64,000 nt of DNA from an uncultured Candidatus Entotheonella sp. (GTDB lineage: Bacteria > Tectomicrobia > Entotheonellia > Entotheonellales > Entotheonellaceae). Below, piece by piece: positions 57,265-64,000 of the stretch; position 1 is the first letter of the stretch, and the number at the start of each line of letters is the position of its first letter. Made by a program: the position numbers and the translations under genes. The notes below the pieces were generated by a model. It ran no database searches. It saw only the letters and a program-made list of their open reading frames with translations, and was not told the origin of the DNA. The DNA is taken from the NCBI GenBank assembly GCA_965217185.1, contig OZ244252.1, positions 352,001-416,000 of the forward strand, written 5' to 3'.

Positions 57265-58003
57265 ATGCATTCCAACTGGTTCGTTCGTGGCGACGTTGAC
57301 GGCTTCTTCGGCCTATTTTCTGAGCGGTGTGATTGAAAACGGCTGGCGCTTTTGTCGTCGATTATCTCAGACGTTATAGGTCGAGAGTAGCCTTGCTGGC
57401 GGCACTGGCCGGTATCGGGCTGACCTTCATTTCGATGGGTTTTGTGTTCCAGATCTTCGCTTCGCCGCTGACGGCTCTCCTGCCGGCCATCATGGTCTTG
57501 GCCCTTTATGCAGGCCGTCAGCATTTGCCTTGGGGTTTGCCCGCCGGGTTGGCGGCGGTGCTGATCGGGATAGTTCCGGCTGTAGGTTGCCGCGAATTTT
57601 TGGCTGGCCCGTATTCGACGCGCAGCCGGCGTCGTATTCCCTGGGTCTGCACCTACCGGGATTGGTCCTTGCAGATCTGTTGACGGCTTTGAATCGGGTG
57701 GAAGGGTGGTCTTATCTGGCGGTGATTGTGCCGCTGAGCCTCTTTAATGTGCTGGGATCGCTGTAAAACCTGGAGAGCGCCGAGGCTGCCGGGTGGCTGG
57801 CAGCGACCGAGGTGCTGTCGCTGATTGGGCTGATTCACGGGTATGAGTTAACGCCGCAGGGGGTCCGGAACGTGTTCGGGCTGGCTGCGGCGCCAGGGTT
57901 TGCGGTGATGTACGCTCTGGGCGCCGTGTTTCTGGTCAGGTTGCATGAATTGGGGAAGGACAGGATGAGCCGCGAATCACTCAACCGTGACGGATTTCGC
58001 TAA
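57265..58003 (+). pseudogene. Heavily deleted NCS2 (xanthine/uracil permease-like) gene
   Basis: Fragments WFVRGDVDGFFGL, ALLAALAGIGLTFIS, LFNVLGSL*NLESAEAAG (in-frame TAA) and LIGLIHG, in different frames. Confidence 0.7.
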
Positions 58004-59806
58004 ATTGCGCGGCTGGTCGATTTCGCACCCGCGTTCCAGCGCGCAATAGTACGCGAAGAGTTGCAGGGCGACGACCGCCGGGATGGGCTGCAGGAAGTCA
58101 AGGGTGGCGGGGGTGTAGATCACGTCGTCGGCGATATCGCTGATTTCATCGTTGCCTTCGGTGGCGATGGCGATAATCCTGCCGTTGCGGCTCTTGATTT
58201 CCTGCATGTTGGAGACGGTTTTCTCGTAGGTGGTGTCTCGGGTAGCGAGGCAGACGGTGGGGAAATTCTCGTCGATCATGGCGATAATGCCGTGTTTCAT
58301 CTCGCCGGCGGCGCAGCCTTCGGCGTGGATGTACGAAATTTCCTTGAGCTTCAAGGCGCCCTCCAGGGCCATGGGGTAGTTGTACTTGCGGCCGATGAAC
58401 AGAAAATTGTCGGCGTGCGTGTACTTTGCCGCGATGGCGTGAATGTGGTTGGCTTCCTTTAGAACCCTGTTAATGTCGTCGGGCAGGTGCAGGAGGCCGT
58501 TGACGACCTCCATGCCGTCCGTCACCGACAAGTGATTGAAGCGCCCGTGCAGCAGCGCCATCATGGCCAGGATGCAGCACTGGCTGGTAAAAATCTTGGT
58601 CGAGGCCACGCCGATTTCCGGGCCGCCGTGGTTGTACACGCCCGCCTTGGTCATCCGGCTGATGGTCGATCCCACCACGTTGACCAGCCCCAGCAACAAG
58701 GCCCCCTTGCGTTCCGCCTCCCGCATCGCCGCCACGGTGTCGGCCGTTTCACCGGACTGGCTGATGGCCAGCACCACGGTGCCGGGGCGGATGTTGGTCT
58801 TGCGGTAGCGCATTTCGCTGGCGATCTCCACCTCCACCGTGAGGTCGGTGAGCTTTTCGAAGACGTAGCGGGCGTACAGGCCGGCGTAGTAGCTGGTGCC
58901 GCAGGAGATGATCACCAGGTGCTGCGCTGCCTTCATCCCTTCTTCCAGCACGTCGTCCAAGCCGCCGAAGTGCGCCATGCCCTCGCTTTCCACCAGCCGT
59001 CCGCGGATAGCGTTGGTAATGGTTTCGGGTTGCTCGAATATCTCCTTGAGCATGTAGTGCGGAAAGCCCTCCAGGTCGGCGGCATCATCCTGCCACTCGA
59101 TCTGCTCGGCGTCGCGCTGCACCTGCTCTCCGGCCAAGGTGTCGATGGTGAAGCCCTTGGTGGTGACGCTGATGATGTCATCGTCTTCGAGGTAAACGAC
59201 CCTGTCCGTCAGCCGTAGAAAGGCCGATACGTCGCTGGCCAGCAACATTTCGCCGTCCCCGACCCCAAGCACCATGGGCGAGCCGCGCCGTGCCGCTACC
59301 AATTGATCCGGATGGCGAGAGTGCATCACCACCAGGCCGTAAGTGCCGGTCACCTGTCCCAGGGCCTGTTTGACGGCTTGAACGAGATCGCCCTTGTAAG
59401 CGTCGTCGATAAGGTGCGCCATGACTTCCGTATCGGTTTCGGAGGTAAAGCGGTAGCCGCGGCTGGTGAGTTGCGAGCACAGGCTCTGGTAGTTCTCGAT
59501 GATGCCGTTGTGAACGAGCATGATCGTTTCGTCGCCGTTGGCGTGCGGATGGGCGTTGGCTTCCGACGGCTTACCGTGCGTAGCCCAGCGGGTGTGGCCG
59601 ATGCCGATGGTTCCCTCGAATTGATGCTGCGCGATTTTGGCTGCCAGTTTTTCCACCTTGCCCGGCATGCGAACGCGGCACACCTCATCGTTCTCGATCA
59701 CGGCGATGCCGGCCGAGTCGTAACCGCGGTATTCGAGCCGCCGCAATCCCTCGATGAGAATTGGCGTGGCGGGCTTGTTGCCAATGTAGCCGATGATGCC
59801 GCACAT
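57977..59806 (-). CDS. glmS: Glutamine--fructose-6-phosphate transaminase (isomerizing)
   Basis: MCGIIGY, LEYRGYDSAG, HTRWATHG, SQSGETAD, PRNLAKSVTVE. Confidence 0.98.
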   Translation of the reverse strand: MCGIIGYIGNKPATPILIEGLRRLEYRGYDSAGIAVIENDEVCRVRMPGKVEKLAAKIAQHQFEGTIGIGHTRWATHGKPSEANAHPHANGDETIMLVHNGIIENYQSLCSQLTSRGYRFTSETDTEVMAHLIDDAYKGDLVQAVKQALGQVTGTYGLVVMHSRHPDQLVAARRGSPMVLGVGDGEMLLASDVSAFLRLTDRVVYLEDDDIISVTTKGFTIDTLAGEQVQRDAEQIEWQDDAADLEGFPHYMLKEIFEQPETITNAIRGRLVESEGMAHFGGLDDVLEEGMKAAQHLVIISCGTSYYAGLYARYVFEKLTDLTVEVEIASEMRYRKTNIRPGTVVLAISQSGETADTVAAMREAERKGALLLGLVNVVGSTISRMTKAGVYNHGGPEIGVASTKIFTSQCCILAMMALLHGRFNHLSVTDGMEVVNGLLHLPDDINRVLKEANHIHAIAAKYTHADNFLFIGRKYNYPMALEGALKLKEISYIHAEGCAAGEMKHGIIAMIDENFPTVCLATRDTTYEKTVSNMQEIKSRNGRIIAIATEGNDEISDIADDVIYTPATLDFLQPIPAVVALQLFAYYCALERGCEIDQPRNLAKSVTVE

Positions 59807-59938
59807 AACGTATCTCCATAAAGAATGCGAGGGTATTGTCGATGGCTCAGTGGAGTCTGGGGAGCACTAGGATACAACAAAAGAATTGCCGCATCGACGA
59901 CGCCATTTTCGCCAGGCAACGGGCGGTCTGGACCGCCC

Positions 59939-60547
59939 TTACGGAGCCTGCCAAAGGATGGATTCGTCCTCATCGAAAAACAGCACCGTGGGGGCGGAGC
60001 GTTCGACGAGCTCGCCGCTAGGCTTGACCTTCAGCTCTGTTGAGCCCATCAAGATGCGATCCTTGCCGTTCTGGTCGGCGAAGCGCAGAAAGGGGGCACC
60101 GTTGGGCCACGTGGCTAGGACGGCGCGGTTCTTCCAGTTAGCGTCCAGGAATCGTAGTGAAGCACCGCCGGTGCCGCTGGCGCTCAGCAGGGCGCCGCTG
60201 CGGCCCGCCTGGCTGAATAGGTTGAGCGAAGACGAGCCATCGTCATCCACGCTCAGCAGGATGCGGCTGCGCCGGCCGTCGTCGTAGAAGCCCAGTCCCA
60301 AGACGCCGTGCGGCAACCGGCCAAGCCTGGCGAGCGTCGTGCCTTGTTCGTCAACGAGCAAGAAGGCCCTGGCTCGCAATTCGTCAGCGACCGGCGGTCT
60401 CGTCGTCCCTTTAGCACCCATGAGCATCCCGACGCCCAGAAGCACCAGCGCCGTCGTCGCCAGCAGTTTCCAGCGCCGGTTGGAGCGCTCCAGGCGCGCC
60501 AAGCGCTCGGCAATGGCATCGACCTGCAATTCACGTCTATGTTTCAT
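59939..60547 (-). CDS. Hypothetical membrane-anchored protein with repeated beta-rich motifs
   Basis: ERLARLERSNRRWK plus TM helix, then recurring L-x-F-x-D...R units. Confidence 0.7.
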   Translation of the reverse strand: MKHRRELQVDAIAERLARLERSNRRWKLLATTALVLLGVGMLMGAKGTTRPPVADELRARAFLLVDEQGTTLARLGRLPHGVLGLGFYDDGRRSRILLSVDDDGSSSLNLFSQAGRSGALLSASGTGGASLRFLDANWKNRAVLATWPNGAPFLRFADQNGKDRILMGSTELKVKPSGELVERSAPTVLFFDEDESILWQAP

Positions 60548-60744
60548 CTGGCATCATCCCCGGTTTTAGCCACATCACTTTCCGCAAAATTATTGTATCG
60601 CACGGGTAAGGAGCACGGCATGGCGCAGCGATAGTTGCATCCTTCTCGATAACTGGGTTATAACCTTGTAGTGTATTTGTGAACATCGAGGTTGGCACGA
60701 GGTTGGCACCCGGAAACTGTTGAAACTGAATTGGAGGGGCTTAC

Positions 60745-61674
60745 ATGAAAACTCTGTGTGCGCCAGTAAACTGGCGTTGGCTTGGCGTCTTGACCATCTG
60801 CTGCGTAATGGCGGTGGGTTGCGCGTACAATGACACCTTTGAAGCGCCGCCGTCACCTCTCGACAAATTGGCCGAGGTAGCCGACGTGCTCCAGACGGTC
60901 AATGATCGTGGGTACGGGGAACTTTTTCCTGACGAGGTAGCCGCTTTGCAGGCACGCCACAAGGCGGCGCGGCTGGCGTATTACTCAAGGAGCCAGGATT
61001 CCAGTGCACTGTCGATGAGCATCGTTGCCGATGCGAACGCGTTGATGGCGCCTCAGCCGAATCAGGCTCCGGTTGCCAGGTTCAGCGGTCCGGCAACGGG
61101 CTGGGCGAACGAGGCGGTGTCGTTTGATGCCTCTGCCTCCGTCGACCCCGAGGGCGATCCGCTCATTTATACCTGGGATTTCGGTGACGGCACGACCCAT
61201 CGAATTTCCTGGCCGCAGACGGAACACTGGTTTGCCGTTGCCCGTACGCATGTCGTGCGTTTGACTGTTAGCGACCATCAGGGGGAATCGGACATCACAA
61301 GCCAGGCGATATCGATCGCACAGCGAATGGTGATCCCGCAGCCTTCGATTGTCTTGTTCGAGTTTGATTCGGTAGTCCTTCAGTCTGAGGCGTTGTCGCA
61401 GCTTAGTGGTGTGGTGCAGACCCTGAAGCAGCAGCCGACCTTGCAGGCCGACATCGTGGGGCATACCGATTCCCAGGGAAGTGAGTCGTACAACCTGGCG
61501 CTTTCGCAGCGTCGGGCTGGCGCTGTGAGTGACTACCTGGTCACCAACGGCGTTGCGGCCTCCAGGCTCAACACGAGTTGGCGCGGCGAGTCGGAACCGG
61601 CTTTCCCGAATACGACCGCCGAGTTCCGCGCGCTCAATCGGCGCGTGGAAGTCATCCTGCGCCCCCCCATGTAG
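60745..61674 (+). CDS. OmpA-family lipoprotein with PKD domain
   Basis: AVG-C lipobox; PKD SFDASASVDPEGD...YTWDFGDG; OmpA GHTDS...NLALSQRRA...NRRVE. Confidence 0.88.
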   Translation: MKTLCAPVNWRWLGVLTICCVMAVGCAYNDTFEAPPSPLDKLAEVADVLQTVNDRGYGELFPDEVAALQARHKAARLAYYSRSQDSSALSMSIVADANALMAPQPNQAPVARFSGPATGWANEAVSFDASASVDPEGDPLIYTWDFGDGTTHRISWPQTEHWFAVARTHVVRLTVSDHQGESDITSQAISIAQRMVIPQPSIVLFEFDSVVLQSEALSQLSGVVQTLKQQPTLQADIVGHTDSQGSESYNLALSQRRAGAVSDYLVTNGVAASRLNTSWRGESEPAFPNTTAEFRALNRRVEVILRPPM

Positions 61675-61743
61675 CCTACCTGTCTCTGATTGTGGCACGG
61701 TCTATCGCCTGTCCGTCCTCGGCGTGACCGTGCCACACCCACC

Positions 61744-61781
61744 GTAGGTCGGATTCGCTACAGGCGTAATCCGACGTTCCA
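61744..61781 (+). repeat. GTAG-type REP element, copy 3
   Basis: gtaggtcggattcgctacaggcgtaatccgacgttcca. Confidence 0.75.
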
Positions 61782-63416
61782 CTAAGTCGTATAATCCGTA
61801 AAACGCAGCGTCGTGGCGCGCGCCCGGAAGTCCGTCTTGACATTCACGATAGCGGGCTTGCCGGAAGCATAGGCGCGTTCCAGAGCCGGGCGAATATCGC
61901 CGGGCTTTTCCACGTACTCGCCGTGCCCGCCAAAGGCGTCCATCATCTTTTCGTAGCGCTGGTAGCCCAGCGTCCGGCCCACCTTGTTGCCTTCCGGGTC
62001 GGCCGTCCAGCCGCCGTTCAGGCTGATCACCGTGACGATGGGGATGTTGTGCCGCACGGCCGTATCCATCTCCATGGCGTTCATGCCGAACGAGCCGTCG
62101 CCGTGCAGGACCATGACCTGTTTGTCCGGTTGCCCCACCTTGGCGCCAACGCCGAACGGCACGCCGACTCCCATGGTGCCGAAAGAGCCGGAATTGAGCC
62201 GGTGCCCCGGTCGGTACGTCGGGATGGACTGGCGGCCGTAGTTGAGAATCTCCTGGCCGTCGACCACCAGAATGGCATCGCGATCCAGAAAATCCTTCAC
62301 TTCCTTGCATAGCCGCAGCGGGTGGATCGGCACCTCATCGGAGTGCATCAGCGGCTCTAAGCGTGCCTGTCCCTTGAGGTCCTGCTCGCGCAGCGCAGCG
62401 ATCCAGGCCGTCTCCTTCTGCGGCTCAAACTTGCCCTGAACCAGGTCCAGCATCTGCCGCAAAACGGCCTTGGCGTCGCCAGCGATGCCCACGTCAACCG
62501 GCCGGTTGCGGCCAATTTCGGTCGGGTCGATATTCACCTGAATGGTCTTGGCATCGGCATTGAAGCGCGGCGCCTGCCCGTGCGAGATCACGTAGTTGAA
62601 GCGGGTGGCGAGGAAGAGAATGACGTCAGCCTCGCGGAAGGCCAGCGAGCGGGCGCTGAGAAAGCAGCGCGGGTGGTCTTCGGGCACCACGCCGCGGCCT
62701 TGCGGGGTGGTGAAGAAGGGGATGCCGGTCTCGTCGACGAACTGCTGCATCTCGGCGGCGGCATCGGCCCAGATGATGCCTGTGCCGCTGACGATCAGCG
62801 GCCGCTCCGCCCGCGACAGCATGCTGACGGCCTCAGCCACCTGACCGGCGTCACCCATGCTGCGGTGGTGCGTCTTGGCGGGCGCCGGCCACACCACGTC
62901 GTCTTCATCGACGCGGCTGTAAAGAACGTCGCCGGGGAGATCGAGGTACGACGGCCCCATCCGGCCGTTCATGGCCTGGCGATAGGCGATGTTGATGTAT
63001 TCGGGCATGCGCTTTGGGTTGATAGCCTGCCCGGCCCACTTGCTCGCCGGACGCATCATGCTGAGTTGGTCGACTTCCTGAAATGTCTCGCTGTGAAAGT
63101 GGTGGATGGGGCTGGCGCCGCCGAGCGCGACCACCGGTGCTGCGTCGGTGAGGGCGTGCGCCAGGCCGGTCAGCAGGTTGGTGGCGGCAGGGCCAGAAGC
63201 GGTGGAGCACACCCCGGCTTTGCCGGTGACGCGCGCATAGGCGTTGGCCATCATCGCTGCGGCCTGTTCGTGGCGCACGTCAATCACCTTCATGCCAAGC
63301 TGGCGGCAGCTGTCCTGGGCGCCCAGCATCGGGCCGCCCATGATGAAAAACATCGTGTCGGCGCCCTCATTTTGCAGGGCACGAGCGACGAGTTCGTATC
63401 CGTATACCTCTCCCAT
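61782..63416 (-). CDS. Thiamine pyrophosphate-binding protein (ALS / 2-hydroxyacyl-CoA lyase-like)
   Basis: DVRHEQAA, SGPAATN, GTMGVG, HGDGSFG...NGGW. Confidence 0.92.
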   Translation of the reverse strand: MGEVYGYELVARALQNEGADTMFFIMGGPMLGAQDSCRQLGMKVIDVRHEQAAAMMANAYARVTGKAGVCSTASGPAATNLLTGLAHALTDAAPVVALGGASPIHHFHSETFQEVDQLSMMRPASKWAGQAINPKRMPEYINIAYRQAMNGRMGPSYLDLPGDVLYSRVDEDDVVWPAPAKTHHRSMGDAGQVAEAVSMLSRAERPLIVSGTGIIWADAAAEMQQFVDETGIPFFTTPQGRGVVPEDHPRCFLSARSLAFREADVILFLATRFNYVISHGQAPRFNADAKTIQVNIDPTEIGRNRPVDVGIAGDAKAVLRQMLDLVQGKFEPQKETAWIAALREQDLKGQARLEPLMHSDEVPIHPLRLCKEVKDFLDRDAILVVDGQEILNYGRQSIPTYRPGHRLNSGSFGTMGVGVPFGVGAKVGQPDKQVMVLHGDGSFGMNAMEMDTAVRHNIPIVTVISLNGGWTADPEGNKVGRTLGYQRYEKMMDAFGGHGEYVEKPGDIRPALERAYASGKPAIVNVKTDFRARATTLRFTDYTT

Positions 63417-63608
63417 GTAACGCTCCTTGATGCGTAGTGATTGGGCTGGTTTGCCGTGTGACGTGTGATGGTACGTGGCGGAAAACCGATGAGAACCCAG
63501 CGCCGGAACGGCGCCGGGGAAGTGCTCAAGCGGTGTCTATCATAGGGCTAGGCAGCGGCTCAAGGCAAGCGGGGAACCGTGTTGTGGCAGCCTCGTCCCG
63601 GTTTGGTC

Positions 63609-64000
63609 TCAGATGTGGATGGCTTCGTCGTAAGCGTCGCCGACCGCCTCCATGATGGCTTCGGAAAGGGTGGGGTGGGCGTGCACGGTTTTGAGGACCT
63701 CGTAATGGGTCGTTTCGAGCGTGCGGGCGATGCCGGCTTCGGCGATCAGGTCGGTGGCCTCCGAGCCGACGATGTGGGTGCCCAGGAGCTCATCGCTGTT
63801 GGCGTCGAAGATGACCTTCACCATGCCTTCGCTATCGCCGACCGCCAGGGCCTTGCCGCTGGCTGAGAAGGGAAAGCGTCCGACGCGGATGTTGCGGCCG
63901 GCTTCGCGGGCGGCGTTCTCGGTGAGGCCGACGCTGGCGACCTGCGGGTGGCAGTAGGTGCAACCGGGGATGTTGTCGTAATTGACGCCGGGGTGATCCA
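63609..64000 (-). CDS. lpdA: Dihydrolipoyl dehydrogenase, C-terminal part (truncated by window edge)
   Basis: IPGCTYCHPQVASVGLTE, GKALA, HAHPTLSEA. Confidence 0.93.
   Translation of the reverse strand, partial: DHPGVNYDNIPGCTYCHPQVASVGLTENAAREAGRNIRVGRFPFSASGKALAVGDSEGMVKVIFDANSDELLGTHIVGSEATDLIAEAGIARTLETTHYEVLKTVHAHPTLSEAIMEAVGDAYDEAIHI

Noticed and set aside
59807..59938. glmS ribozyme upstream of glmS
   Set aside because: No AGCGCC...GACGAGG core is visible on the minus strand; the leader is short.

Overview
GC-rich bacterial chromosomal window, mostly metabolic and transport genes: ggt (partial), pgi, paired cyclases and amidohydrolases, an RND pump, msrA, NAPRTase-NAD kinase, a branched-chain ABC transporter with an LLM oxidoreductase, comA, prlC, glmS and lpdA (partial). 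Ankyrin and NHL repeat proteins and paralog-rich catabolic families suggest a sponge-symbiont-like genome (inference only). The most notable part is a lower-GC island at about 26.4-32.4 kb. Three directly repeated XerC/XerD dif-like sites (26427, 29523, 30289) bracket two gene cassettes: a complete type II Zorya anti-phage operon (zorA-zorB-zorE) and an orphan membrane-anchored gene. The stop codon of the last gene in each cassette lies inside a XerD-like arm, which looks like an integron-style, Xer-driven cassette array. The orphan gene is split by a 191-bp MITE with an 8-bp target-site duplication. Two genes split by the ORF track at an in-frame TGA are probable selenoproteins (rhodanese Y-U-T-C and a UGSC-family protein), each followed by a SECIS-like hairpin. 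Also present are REP-like palindromes, a frameshifted ankyrin gene and several pseudogene relics. All calls are from reading the sequence; no database searches were run.
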